A stretch of 64,000 nt of DNA from Planctomycetota bacterium (GTDB lineage Bacteria; Planctomycetota; UBA1135), in assembly GCA_045047305.1 (NCBI GenBank), contig JASFYO010000021.1, positions 40,915 to 104,914 on the forward strand. Direction: 5' to 3'. This document shows, piece by piece, positions 29,915 through 40,155 of the stretch. The stretch's first letter is position 1. Each line of letters begins with the position of its first letter. Under the pieces are notes generated by a model that worked only from the letters and a program-made list of their open reading frames with translations, had not been told where the DNA came from and ran no database searches. Both the position numbers and the translations under genes were made by a program.

Positions 29915-30856
29915 CTACTTAGCCAAGAGGCCTTTTTCGACCAAGGTTTCGAGGTCGGCGCGGATGGCTTCGGCGGAGGCATTTAACTTGGCTTGTCCGG
30001 CATCATCGAGATCTAGCTCCACAACGCGTTCGACGCCGTTCTTGCCAAGGACGCAGGGCACACCAAGATAGATGTCGGATTGACCGTATTGCCCATCAAG
30101 ATTGGCGGCGCAAGGCAGCAAGCGATGCTCATCGCGGATAATGGCCTTCGCCATAGCCACCGCGGCAGCCGACGGAGCGTAGAAAGCTGATCCGGTCTTC
30201 AATAAGTTCACAATTTCCGCGCCACCGTGCTGAGTGCGCGTGTTGATGGCCTCGATCTCCGACTCTGGTAACAAGGCTGTGATGGAGACTCCATCGACTG
30301 TGGAAAATTGAGGAACAGGAACCATGGAATCGCCGTGGCCACCGAGAACCATGCAACGCGTGTCCTTGATACCACCGCCGTTCTTCTCGGCAATAAAGAA
30401 CGCCATACGAGCGGAATCCAAAACCCCTGCCATGCCTACTACGCGGCTCTTCTCAAACCCAAGTGAGGCCGACATCAGGTACACCATGGTGTCGAGTGGA
30501 TTTGAGACCACAATGACACAAGCTTCAGGTGAGCCAGCCTTAATGTAATCCGCAACCGCATTCACAATCTTACCGTTGGTTTCCAGTAAGTCTGAGCGAT
30601 CCATGCCAGGCTTGCGCGGAAGGCCAGCCGTCATGATGAACACATCGGACCCGTAGGTGTCCTTCGGGTCATTGGTGCCAGTGACGAGAGCTTGGTAGCC
30701 CTCAACCGCAGCAGCTTGATTGATATCTAGAGCGATGCCCTGGGGACGTCCATCAAGGACGTCAATGAGAACAATGTTCTCGGCAACTTCCTGCTCGGCT
30801 AAACGCTGAGCACAGGTCATGCCGACGAATCCGGCTCCAACAACGGTGACTTTCAT
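29915..30856 (-). CDS. mdh: Malate dehydrogenase (LDH-like)
   Basis: GAGFVG, PRKPGMDR.DL, NPLD, LDSAR, GGHGD.MVP, GSAFYAP. Confidence 0.95.
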   Translation of the reverse strand: MKVTVVGAGFVGMTCAQRLAEQEVAENIVLIDVLDGRPQGIALDINQAAAVEGYQALVTGTNDPKDTYGSDVFIMTAGLPRKPGMDRSDLLETNGKIVNAVADYIKAGSPEACVIVVSNPLDTMVYLMSASLGFEKSRVVGMAGVLDSARMAFFIAEKNGGGIKDTRCMVLGGHGDSMVPVPQFSTVDGVSITALLPESEIEAINTRTQHGGAEIVNLLKTGSAFYAPSAAAVAMAKAIIRDEHRLLPCAANLDGQYGQSDIYLGVPCVLGKNGVERVVELDLDDAGQAKLNASAEAIRADLETLVEKGLLAK

Positions 30857-30963
30857 GGTTTTTCCTTGGTATGGCAGTCCCTAGGGGAAAGAAACTGCGT
30901 AGCGGGGCGGAATTCTAACGTTGCGCTGCCCCTAAACCGTGCCGATGTAGACGGAATACCTGC

Positions 30964-31977
30964 CTATTTTGAATTCTTCGACCACCAATCGGTCCACCTT
31001 GCACTGGCTTTTTGGCGATCCTTTTCACTAGCCTTAGAATCATAGCCAACATCTTCTTTGGTGATCTTGACCAGAGCTGCATTGGCTTCTTTACGCACGA
31101 AGGCAAAATCATCCTCCAGTGATTGAATCAGGGTAGGAACGGATTCCATAGCATTCCAGTTGCCTAAGGTATTGGCAGCGTAGAAACGGTTCATTTCATA
31201 ATTGTCATCGAGCAAAGCCTCCACGTAAGGGATTAAAGCTGGGTCATCGAATTTGCTGATTTTCTCAATGGCCGATACGCGTTTAAGGGGATCATTGTCC
31301 TTCATTTGCTCCAGCAGAGCTTTGACATCAGAAGAGAACCCACTGCTTTGCACTGGCGCGGCAGTAGCAACCACAACTTTGCGTTCCAGCTCGGCAATAC
31401 TGTCGCGGAGGAATTCTTGGCCGGTACGGACGTCACGCAGGCCATCTTCCGAAACTTGAACCTGAGCCTGAAGGCTGCGCACGCTTTGCTGCAAAGTAGC
31501 CTGACCATCGGCCAAACCTTCTAGTTGGTCCACCTGAGCGGAAAGTCCTTCGACCTTGCGATCAACGCCACCAATCATGGTAATGGCTGCCGTAATCCCA
31601 TCCTGCATGTTCTGATCCAAGATCCCAACCTGATCGGAAACACGGTTTAAGGATGCCCCCTGCTTAGTTTGGCTTTCCCCCAAACTCTGATGCAAAGTCA
31701 TCACCGCATCATTCACTTGAGCGGTGCTTTCAATACGTACCTTATCTAGATCCAGGTAGAGAAACACACAAGCAGCGCAGGCAATCAGTGCAATGAAGGT
31801 GGGGAAAAAATTACTTCCACCAGTTTTCTCGGCACCGCTGTTCTTTTGGGCCATGGAAATGGCATCACAGCAGGTGGGGCAAATTACACGGCCGCCATGG
31901 CGTACCGCTTCTCCTCCCTCAAGCCGAGAAAGGGGAACAGATTGGTCACAAATGTTACAGAAGAAGAGATCGGTCAT
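30964..31977 (-). CDS. Membrane protein: Cys4 Zn-finger, TM, coiled coil, HEAT repeats
   Basis: CNIC..CPTC, hydrophobic helix, heptad-rich middle, L.D.....R..A...L HEAT-type repeats, ending W..WW. Confidence 0.8.
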   Translation of the reverse strand: MTDLFFCNICDQSVPLSRLEGGEAVRHGGRVICPTCCDAISMAQKNSGAEKTGGSNFFPTFIALIACAACVFLYLDLDKVRIESTAQVNDAVMTLHQSLGESQTKQGASLNRVSDQVGILDQNMQDGITAAITMIGGVDRKVEGLSAQVDQLEGLADGQATLQQSVRSLQAQVQVSEDGLRDVRTGQEFLRDSIAELERKVVVATAAPVQSSGFSSDVKALLEQMKDNDPLKRVSAIEKISKFDDPALIPYVEALLDDNYEMNRFYAANTLGNWNAMESVPTLIQSLEDDFAFVRKEANAALVKITKEDVGYDSKASEKDRQKASARWTDWWSKNSK

Positions 31978-33881
31978 CGGTGTGAAAGGTTGCGCAGGAC
32001 GAAAGCTATGGACAGCAGAAACAGACCTGCCCACAGAAGTCTAGGACGAAACACTGCTGTGGTAAGCACGTTTCGATGGTTTTCCAGCCAAGAAATCCAA
32101 AGTTTTGGCGGAACCCCAAATTCCGGAGAGGTTAAGGCTGCTGCAGTCCAGTGAGTACCATTTTCGAACCAAACCTCCACTGGCTTGAGTGGTGAGGCAA
32201 AAGGGACCTGCCATATCAAGGGGGAGCTGGCCTCAACCAGATGTACCTCGAGCAAAGCATGGTCCTGGAAACAGCGTGGAGCTTGGGGGGAATCCTGCAC
32301 CAGGAAGCGCCCACTAACCCAACCACTGTGCCCTGGAGAGTGAAATTGGGCCTGAATCGGCCCCAGCAGTTGTTGATGTCGGGGGGAGTAGGTGTCCGCT
32401 AAACCTATGAGAAGGCCAGCTCCCACACGTCGGACGGCAAGGTACGCCTGTTCCATGGAGTCTTGCATCAGGCCTTCTGCGCCGCTGGCAAACGCCCATG
32501 CCGGATGCTCGACTTCTGGCTGCCAACTGTCTGGTAAGGGAAAGGAGCTTGGATGCAAGGGAAGAACCGGGGCTAATCCCCCATTCTGGAGCTCCCCAAG
32601 GACTTGATTAAGGCGGTCTTGAATCTCGCCTTGCAGTAAAACCTCGCCGAGCCCGGCTAAGAAGTCCCACTCCGCATCGGGCCCGGTAGGAAGGCAAAAG
32701 ACTCGAACTTCTGGCAGCGTTTGTTGCAGAAACGATTCCCAGTTCAAATCAGGCGTTCCAGCAGCACCATCGGATAATATTAATAAGGCATGGGAACCTT
32801 GCAGCTTGGGCGCTAAGGATTGGAGTGCCTCGGCGAGATGAGTTGGGCCGAAAGCGGAAAGTTGATCCAGTTGGGTTGCGGCCTCGGCAGTCGATAAAGA
32901 AATAGTGTCGAGTAAAGATTGTTGAAAAGGAACAACGTAAATTGGCCCCACATTCCAAGAAGATCGAAGTTGGGCGAGTGCAGCTCGGGCTTCTTCCAAT
33001 CCACGGCCTTCCATACTCCCGGAAACATCAAGCAAAACCCAAAGCGGCTTGGTTTCTGTTTCAGGCTTGGATTCAAAAAGTTTCAAGTCTGCAGGTAAAT
33101 TTTTCCAACTGAGGAAATCGGCGGAAGCAACGACCAAAACTTCACCTTGGGCAAGCCGGCGGCGTATGACATCGACGGCAGTGTTGCTTGGAATCAAATT
33201 GAGCTCTTCCCTCCCCTGGGCAAGAATCCGTAACGAGGTTGTGGCTTGGCCTCCTGCTTCCGTCCAACGCAATTGCAAACGTAGGGTTTGCGTTGGCGTT
33301 TGTGCGCAACTCAAATGCAAAGCGAACCAAGCATCGCCTTGATTCAGAATTTCAAGCGCAGTAATTTGATGGCTAGCATCAAGGAAATCCAATTTGCCTG
33401 AAGCTAGATCTGCATTCTGCATACGCACACGTATCCAGACATCCCCCTGCGCAGGCCAGGTACTTGGAGCCAGAATCTGGTGAAACTGTGGTTGCGCTAA
33501 CGGAGGGACCCACAGAACCTCTATTCCAGCCCAGCTTTCTGGGTCAGAGAAAGCCGACAGCGCGCGGCCATCAGTGCGTACAATCAAGCGATCGGGCGGC
33601 GAAAGTTTTTCACGCATCTGGCGCAAGGCTTCAGCGAGATCCGTGGTTGCAATGCCGTGGGGGTTCGGAAAGGAAAGCACCCGCTGTTTCCTCACTGCCA
33701 ATTTCCACTCATCCAAATTCAATCCGGATTGTTCAAGCCAGGTTTCCAAATCAGGCTCTAAACCCATGCTCGGACTGCGATCGAGCAGAATCCAGGTATC
33801 ACCGCTGCGCAAATGGCCGGGCCAAATCGACCCAATCCAAAGGATGAGTGCGGCGACGAAAAGCAAGTGGGGAAACTTCAA
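31974..33881 (-). CDS. vWA-domain membrane protein
   Basis: Two DxSxS MIDAS-like motifs (LLDRSPSM, LLDVSGSM), T.L.EAL, LSDG; N- and C-terminal hydrophobic segments. Confidence 0.78.
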   Translation of the reverse strand: MKFPHLLFVAALILWIGSIWPGHLRSGDTWILLDRSPSMGLEPDLETWLEQSGLNLDEWKLAVRKQRVLSFPNPHGIATTDLAEALRQMREKLSPPDRLIVRTDGRALSAFSDPESWAGIEVLWVPPLAQPQFHQILAPSTWPAQGDVWIRVRMQNADLASGKLDFLDASHQITALEILNQGDAWFALHLSCAQTPTQTLRLQLRWTEAGGQATTSLRILAQGREELNLIPSNTAVDVIRRRLAQGEVLVVASADFLSWKNLPADLKLFESKPETETKPLWVLLDVSGSMEGRGLEEARAALAQLRSSWNVGPIYVVPFQQSLLDTISLSTAEAATQLDQLSAFGPTHLAEALQSLAPKLQGSHALLILSDGAAGTPDLNWESFLQQTLPEVRVFCLPTGPDAEWDFLAGLGEVLLQGEIQDRLNQVLGELQNGGLAPVLPLHPSSFPLPDSWQPEVEHPAWAFASGAEGLMQDSMEQAYLAVRRVGAGLLIGLADTYSPRHQQLLGPIQAQFHSPGHSGWVSGRFLVQDSPQAPRCFQDHALLEVHLVEASSPLIWQVPFASPLKPVEVWFENGTHWTAAALTSPEFGVPPKLWISWLENHRNVLTTAVFRPRLLWAGLFLLSIAFVLRNLSHR

Positions 33882-34981
33882 ACGGCGAGACTTGACGTGA
33901 GTTGGGTTTCAGACACCCATCCCCCACCAAGAAGTCGCTCCTCGCGGTAGACGGCCAGCCCTTGCCCAGGGTTCACACTAGCAGCCTGCGCATGGAAACT
34001 CACTTGAATCTTGTCGTTGGCAAGCCGTTTTACATCGGCTGGAATGCCACCAGGGGTGCTACGGAATTGGACCGTTACATGCTCCCAGACGTCGCCAGGT
34101 TGAAAACTGCAGCCAAAAGTATGAAAGGCATCGACCAGGACTCCGGTACAGCCAGTTTCCGAACGAGTACCTACCAGTACATCGCCGTTGTTTGGATTGA
34201 TGTCGAGCACGTACATGGCCTCGGTAGAAGCAAAACCTAGACCGCGACGTTGGCCCCGAGTGAAGCCAGCGTGGCCCTCATGTTGCGCCAACACCTTCCC
34301 GCTCTGATCCACAATGCGCCCAGGGATTCCGAGTCCGCCTCGACTGCGCAACAAATCACGGTAATCGCCGCTGGGGACAAAGCAGATTTCGACACTGTCG
34401 GGTTTGCCAAAAACAGGCAATCCTGCGGCTTCGGCGAGGGCTCGTGTTTTGGATTTCTGCAGGGCTCCGACAGGCAAAAGAGTACGTGCCAGGCGGTCTT
34501 CTGGTAACGGGAAGAGAACATAAGACTGATCCTTTTTGGGATCAAGCCCGCGGTGCAGTTGCGGGCCATCTTCTCCGATGCGGACTTGGGCATAATGGCC
34601 AGTTGCTAAATAGTCGGCGCCAAGAGCGTCGGCCATTTTCCATAATGCGCCAAACTTGATATCCCGATTACAACGAATGCAAGGATTTGGGGTATGCCCC
34701 TGCAAGTAGGAATCCACGAAGTAATCCATGATGCCCGCGAACTCCACCTCCATGTCAACCGCGTGATATGGAATGCCTAACTTATCTGCCACCAAAGCAG
34801 CATCGCGCGAATCTTCCACCGAGCAACAACCTTGCTTGGTGGATTTCATGTTGGCAGGTTTATCCACGCCGTTGCGCAGGAACACGCCAATGACGTCGTA
34901 GCCCTGCTGCTGAAGCAAAAGGGCGGCAACACTGGAATCGACTCCTCCAGAAAGGGCTACTAGGACACGGGGTTTTGACAT
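33878..34981 (-). CDS. mnmA: tRNA 2-thiouridylase
   Basis: SGGVDS, TPNPC..CN, ATGHY, KDQSY, ICF, GQR.GL, PGQ. Confidence 0.97.
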   Translation of the reverse strand: MSKPRVLVALSGGVDSSVAALLLQQQGYDVIGVFLRNGVDKPANMKSTKQGCCSVEDSRDAALVADKLGIPYHAVDMEVEFAGIMDYFVDSYLQGHTPNPCIRCNRDIKFGALWKMADALGADYLATGHYAQVRIGEDGPQLHRGLDPKKDQSYVLFPLPEDRLARTLLPVGALQKSKTRALAEAAGLPVFGKPDSVEICFVPSGDYRDLLRSRGGLGIPGRIVDQSGKVLAQHEGHAGFTRGQRRGLGFASTEAMYVLDINPNNGDVLVGTRSETGCTGVLVDAFHTFGCSFQPGDVWEHVTVQFRSTPGGIPADVKRLANDKIQVSFHAQAASVNPGQGLAVYREERLLGGGWVSETQLTSSLAV

Positions 34982-35031
34982 GGTTCCGTGGTGTAGAATA
35001 CCCGGTCCGTGGGCCTAGGCCCCCAATAGAA

Positions 35032-35481
35032 ATGGAACACTCCCTTTTAATTCTCACCACTCAGGAAGGCCAACGCTCGGCCGTTACCTTCCAAGATGGC
35101 CAGGCAGCGCAACCTGCCGCAGGCGACCTCGCAGCGACTACGGTTCAAGATGGAACCTCAGGGTCGGGCCCAGTAGAAGAAGCAGGAGCTGGGTCCAGCT
35201 TCTGGATTATGCTGGTGCTGCTGTTTGGCTTTATGTGGTTTGTGGTCATCCGCCCAGAAAACAAGCGTCAGAAAAAGCGCAAATCTTTTCAGAGTGAATT
35301 GAAGAAGGGTGACGACGTCGTGACTGCAGGTGGGCTGCATGGAACCATTGCCGCGATGGATGAAAACACCATCACTTTGAAGGTGAGTGACCAATTGCGT
35401 CTGAAGTTTGACCGTGTCGCTGTCAGTCGTAACGCGTCTGCTGAAGCAGATGCAGCTGCAGACAAGATTGATAAGAAGTAA
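35032..35481 (+). CDS. yajC: Preprotein translocase subunit YajC
   Basis: F..IRPE.KRQK, LKKGD.VVT.GGLHG.I. Confidence 0.93.
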   Translation: MEHSLLILTTQEGQRSAVTFQDGQAAQPAAGDLAATTVQDGTSGSGPVEEAGAGSSFWIMLVLLFGFMWFVVIRPENKRQKKRKSFQSELKKGDDVVTAGGLHGTIAAMDENTITLKVSDQLRLKFDRVAVSRNASAEADAAADKIDKK

Positions 35482-35507
35482 AACGTGGGGGTGGCAGCCC
35501 GTTTGGG

Positions 35508-35873
35508 ATGCCCTCTAAACGTCAAATCGCAGGAATGAAGGCCGAGGCTTATGCCGCGGTAAATTTGGAGAACCTCGGCTGGGAGTTGCTAGCAAAGAAT
35601 CTACGCACTCCCTATGCCGAGGTTGATTTATTCATGCTCTCCCCGTCGGGGCAACCGGTTGTGGTGGAGGTCAAAGCTAGGAGCACTGGGAGCTGGGTTG
35701 AAGGCGAAGACTGCCTTGGTGCGCAGCAACGGTCCCGTTTATTCCGTGCGGCTGAATGGCTGTCGCAACAACGCCATGAACAGCAAATGATTCGTGTGGA
35801 TCTAGTCCTTGTCGAGCTGATTGGTGGGAATCCTGTCCACTGGAGCCTGCTTCAAGAAATCGGCTTGAACTAA
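35508..35873 (+). CDS. YraN/UPF0102 family nuclease-like protein
   Basis: G..AE..A, N.R...EVDL, VEVK.R, R.D. Confidence 0.85.
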   Translation: MPSKRQIAGMKAEAYAAVNLENLGWELLAKNLRTPYAEVDLFMLSPSGQPVVVEVKARSTGSWVEGEDCLGAQQRSRLFRAAEWLSQQRHEQQMIRVDLVLVELIGGNPVHWSLLQEIGLN

Positions 35874-37568
35874 AATCGAGACCAAATTCCTCACCCCTAG
35901 TGGCTCCATGGGTGCCAACTTCTTTTTCTTACAAAGGTCGATGGCCAATTGGGTGAACTCTTCAGGCGATTGCGTATCCCATTGCGATAAAGGAGGCCAG
36001 CCTTGTTCTTCAGCCAGATCCAACAAATCCAAAAGAATCTGCCTGTATGGCAAGAAATAAGGATCGCTAGGATTCTGTCCACGTTCTAAGATTTCCGCGA
36101 AAACCCAATATGGAATCCGGCCAGAACTTAAGGCACGAAGTTGAGCTCGATATTCCAGCCACAAAATTGGATTTCCGTAACGCTGACGTGACGCGAGCAT
36201 GGACGGAAGAAGCTTAGCTACTGGCAACCCGAAATCTAACCAATTCAGAATTTCAGTGAAATGGCCGCTTTCATGCAGACAAAGATGGAATAGTTCCAGT
36301 TCTGCTACCGAGAAGTCAGAATCCTTAAGGAAACGGCTGCGCAGTCTTTGCGCAAGTCCCAGCGACTCTAAGCGCCCCTTTGCAACAGCAGGATTGTTCG
36401 ATGGGTGGAAACGTTGTAACCGGCGCTCCAACCTTTTTGCGCCCCGCGCAACGCTGTCGCGTAAAACATAGAATCCGCGGAAAACGGTGCCGCCTTGTGC
36501 TGGCCTGCCAGAAGTAGAAGTAACCCTATTTGCGAAAATGATTTCTACAGCTTCCTTGTGCCCTGGCCACCGCAAAAGGAAAGACTGCGTGTCTTGCAAT
36601 AGATGAATTTCATTACCGCGTCCCCAAGCGCTACCTGCCAACAAAACCCTACCGGCATCAGCCCATTCTTGAGCTACTGGCCCTGAAAAAGACTCTGGTT
36701 TTAGCAACCGTGCAACACCAGCGACTGCATATTCCTCATGCGCAGCCCAGCCAGAAGGCGCATGGACTGACTCAAGCCAAGTATCAAGCCGTTTTAGAGT
36801 TGCTCTTAAATCATCTTTGCCACACCAGGGCCATTCTGCAACCAAGCGTAGAAAAGCTAAGTCAATAGCCTCTTCGGGCGCCAAATCACCATTTTGGCCT
36901 TGGCGCAATGCTAGTTCGGCAATACCTCGTGCTTGCCGTGGGACATCACCTGCTTGATTAGCCAGGGATAGATATTCGGATAAAGTGGAGTTCATACCAT
37001 GCGGAAATGCATCGGCCTCCAGCATTAACAGTGCTGCTTCGGTTTCCCCCTGTTGCGCCAATTGTCTTGCCTGAAGAATATGTTGATAAGCGAGTGGCAG
37101 GCTTGGAGGTAGTGGAATAAGCAACCAGCGACCGGCCTGATACCAATCACCTAACTGTTGCGCCGTCGCTATAGCGCCAAACCGAATCCATGGATGGGTT
37201 GGATAGAGTCGAAGAAGATCATGGAATTGTTTCCGGCGCACGATGGGGTCCTCCACAATGCGAGTTGCCAAATAAGACAAATCCGGGTGTTGGGGCCATT
37301 CCGCTTGCCATGCATCAAGCTCCTCCAAGACTGTGACCAACTCACCTTGCCGCAACCGTAAATCTTGACGTATACGTTCCGCCTCAATACTTCCACTTTG
37401 CGACCAACGAAAGGGCTCTAATTCTTCGAGAGCTAATTCATCAAGCCCGCTGGCTACCAAGGAGCGGATTTCGGTTAAATCTGGAGGGGCAGTGACCGGG
37501 TGAAAAGTTGGAACATTGCTGCATGAGCCTAAGCCTAAACCGAAGAGTAGCGCAAGCAGACGTTTCAT
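35802..37568 (-). CDS. Lipoprotein with TPR-like helices and C-terminal HExxH motif
   Basis: MKRLLALLFGLGLGSC lipobox, helical repeats, LHESGH followed by E.RA. ATG overlaps the ribD stop. Confidence 0.72.
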   Translation of the reverse strand: MKRLLALLFGLGLGSCSNVPTFHPVTAPPDLTEIRSLVASGLDELALEELEPFRWSQSGSIEAERIRQDLRLRQGELVTVLEELDAWQAEWPQHPDLSYLATRIVEDPIVRRKQFHDLLRLYPTHPWIRFGAIATAQQLGDWYQAGRWLLIPLPPSLPLAYQHILQARQLAQQGETEAALLMLEADAFPHGMNSTLSEYLSLANQAGDVPRQARGIAELALRQGQNGDLAPEEAIDLAFLRLVAEWPWCGKDDLRATLKRLDTWLESVHAPSGWAAHEEYAVAGVARLLKPESFSGPVAQEWADAGRVLLAGSAWGRGNEIHLLQDTQSFLLRWPGHKEAVEIIFANRVTSTSGRPAQGGTVFRGFYVLRDSVARGAKRLERRLQRFHPSNNPAVAKGRLESLGLAQRLRSRFLKDSDFSVAELELFHLCLHESGHFTEILNWLDFGLPVAKLLPSMLASRQRYGNPILWLEYRAQLRALSSGRIPYWVFAEILERGQNPSDPYFLPYRQILLDLLDLAEEQGWPPLSQWDTQSPEEFTQLAIDLCKKKKLAPMEPLGVRNLVSILVQADFLKQAPVDRIPTNQLDKD

Positions 37569-38710
37569 GCAGAGGACTGTAACAAGAATGCGCGCCGCAA
37601 ATCTTGCCCGAGGTCTTTGCGTTCTTCTTCCTCTAAATGCACACCATCTTGCGGTTTTGATACTCCGTTGGCTTCGCATGCTCCGAGCCCACCAAACATG
37701 AGCAGTGGCGCTTCATAACGAACTAAGGCATGCGCGAGATTGGCCTCGATTAAGGCTCCATGCAAATGCGCTCCACCTTCGACCAAAATCCTTTGACAGC
37801 CGTGCAATTTACGACATTGAATCAATGCGGCATTCAGGTCCAATTTCCCGTCAGCTAGAGATGGAACCTCCACCAAGGCATCGGGCTCACTCCACCAACT
37901 AGGCAGAGTGCGTTGTTTCTGCTTCTTTTCCAGCCAAATCCGAGGTGTTGCATCCTGCAACACTGGGTGTTCTGAATCCATGTCGTTCAGACATCCAAGA
38001 AGGATACGTGCACAGGTCGAATGGATCTGTTCCTCTTCTATGCGTGCAGTGAGGCGCGGGCGGTCCGTAAACACGGTTCCCCTGCCGGCCATCACCGCGT
38101 GACTCAATCCACGCAACTGATGTACCTCATGACGGGCCTCTGTCCCGGTAATCCACTGGCTGGTACCACTTGGTGTTGCCGTGCGACCATCCACCGAGGA
38201 AGCCCATTTTAATAACATCCAGGGGTGCTGGGGAGATTCTAGGCTGGCAAGAAAGGCCTGGTTCATGGAGTTAAATTGCGCCCCTAAGCCCAACTCTACA
38301 ATCTCGATCCCATGAGCCCTTAGTTTCGGATAGGCCGCACCCTGATGGCGTGGGTTAGGATCGGTGGCGCCCACCACCAAGCGTTGAATCCCGGCTTGCA
38401 AAAGAAAATCCGCGCAAGCTGGCCGTTTCTTTTCTTGTCCACGGAACGAACACGGCTCAAGCGTGACGACGATTTCGTCGACGACACCGGGTAACATTTT
38501 TTTTTCGCCAACGTCCCAAGCACCGGCATCCTTCAGGGCGCGTTCTTCTGCATGGGCACCTCCGAATGCAGAGTAATAACCATAGCCAATGACGTGCCCA
38601 TCTTTTAGCGCCAATGCGCCTACGCGTGGATTCGGCGCAGTAAATAACCAGCCTGCCTTTGCCGCCTCAAAGAAGGCTCGTTGCATGAGGGCAGTATCTC
38701 GCGAGTTCAA
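37565..38710 (-). CDS. ribD: Riboflavin biosynthesis deaminase/reductase
   Basis: PNP.VGA, HAE, TLEPC..C, S.DG, SQWITG, EGG. Confidence 0.95.
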   Translation of the reverse strand: MNSRDTALMQRAFFEAAKAGWLFTAPNPRVGALALKDGHVIGYGYYSAFGGAHAEERALKDAGAWDVGEKKMLPGVVDEIVVTLEPCSFRGQEKKRPACADFLLQAGIQRLVVGATDPNPRHQGAAYPKLRAHGIEIVELGLGAQFNSMNQAFLASLESPQHPWMLLKWASSVDGRTATPSGTSQWITGTEARHEVHQLRGLSHAVMAGRGTVFTDRPRLTARIEEEQIHSTCARILLGCLNDMDSEHPVLQDATPRIWLEKKQKQRTLPSWWSEPDALVEVPSLADGKLDLNAALIQCRKLHGCQRILVEGGAHLHGALIEANLAHALVRYEAPLLMFGGLGACEANGVSKPQDGVHLEEEERKDLGQDLRRAFLLQSSA

Positions 38711-40155
38711 ACGTCGAATCCGCCTATAGGTGCTATCAGCTTCAACGCAGGTGGGATTCCCACGGCAATCGCTTCAGGCATGTTGAATGCTGCATCCCGT
38801 TGAGCGACCAGGGATTTGCCGTTGTAGGAAACTAAATCAACGGGGACTTCAAGGCCTGGTTTACATCCAGGCTCGGCTGGCAACAGGGCATAGTGACCGT
38901 TTTGGGTACGCCCCAACCAGAACCCTGGGTTCCGCTCCGATTCTCGCTCTAATAAAAGGCGCGAACTAGTTCCGACGTGTGTCGGTGTCCTTTGGTGCGC
39001 AATCCTTCGCTGGATCTCTAAGAGACGATGATTGCGTCGCGCCTTCAATTTCTTCGGGACATCGTCCTCCATATTGAATGCGGTGGTGCCGGGCCGTGGC
39101 GAATATTGAAATACATAGCTTTGCAAGAATTGGAATTCCTCCATAGCCACCTCACTTTGGGTGAAATCCTCATCCGTTTCCCCTGGGAAACCAACAATCC
39201 AATCGCTGATTAATTCCAAGTCGGGCATGGCCTGCCGCAGGAGTTCAACCTTTTTACGATACAACTCCACCGAATAACCACGCTTCATTTGACGCAAGAC
39301 TGGGTCGCTGCCAGATTGCATCGGGATAGGCAGGAAACGCATGAACTTGGTGGATCGAGCCATGGCATCGGCAAGTTTTTGGTCCACATAACTAGGATGC
39401 AAAGTGACCATGCGGATACGCTTTAGCGCATCGATACCTTCCAGGGCATCTAAAAGGCCAGCCAAATCGGGACGATCACCACGCGGCAAATCCCGGCCAT
39501 AAGAATCAATGGTTTGGCCCAAGAGATGGACCTCGGTGACTCCCATTTCAGCCAGGCGTCGGATTTCGTTGACGATAGATTCTGGGGAGCGACTCTCCAC
39601 TCTTCCGCGCACACTCGGGACAATGCAATAGGTGCAATTCATATCGCAACCCCGCATCACAGCCACGTGCGCCTGATAATCCTCCACCCTACCTGTCAAG
39701 TCACGCTCTTCTTGATCCACGTGACTCTCTGCTTCACCCAACAGGCAAACGCGTTTTTCACCACCAATCACCTGATCAATCAAATCGGCAATCTTCGGGA
39801 AGTGTCGCGAGCCGCAAACAATATCAACATGCGGTTCGCGGTCGAATAATTCCTTGCCTTCGCGGTCGGCCATACAACCAATGACTGCAATCACCACATT
39901 GGGATCTGCTTTCTTAACCCGCCGCAACTCCCCCAGCAACCCATGTACTCGTTCCTCTGCTTGTTCGCGTACGGAGCAAGTGTGGAATAAAAACACCGAA
40001 GCTTCATCGGTGTTTTCTGTAGGCGTCCAACCACGCCCTTCCAAGGAAGCATTCATCAGCTCCCCGTCGTATACGTTCATTTGACAGCCGAACACCCGCA
40101 GCTTAAAGCTACGGGTGCGTTGGATCGGCGCCGCTGGCGTTTGCAAATCAGTCAT
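38707..40155 (-). CDS. miaB: tRNA-i6A37 methylthiotransferase
   Basis: FGCQMN.YD, TCSVRE.AE, GC, radical-SAM CDMNCTYC, VGFPGET, YSPRPGT, TRAM domain. Confidence 0.95.
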   Translation of the reverse strand: MTDLQTPAAPIQRTRSFKLRVFGCQMNVYDGELMNASLEGRGWTPTENTDEASVFLFHTCSVREQAEERVHGLLGELRRVKKADPNVVIAVIGCMADREGKELFDREPHVDIVCGSRHFPKIADLIDQVIGGEKRVCLLGEAESHVDQEERDLTGRVEDYQAHVAVMRGCDMNCTYCIVPSVRGRVESRSPESIVNEIRRLAEMGVTEVHLLGQTIDSYGRDLPRGDRPDLAGLLDALEGIDALKRIRMVTLHPSYVDQKLADAMARSTKFMRFLPIPMQSGSDPVLRQMKRGYSVELYRKKVELLRQAMPDLELISDWIVGFPGETDEDFTQSEVAMEEFQFLQSYVFQYSPRPGTTAFNMEDDVPKKLKARRNHRLLEIQRRIAHQRTPTHVGTSSRLLLERESERNPGFWLGRTQNGHYALLPAEPGCKPGLEVPVDLVSYNGKSLVAQRDAAFNMPEAIAVGIPPALKLIAPIGGFDV

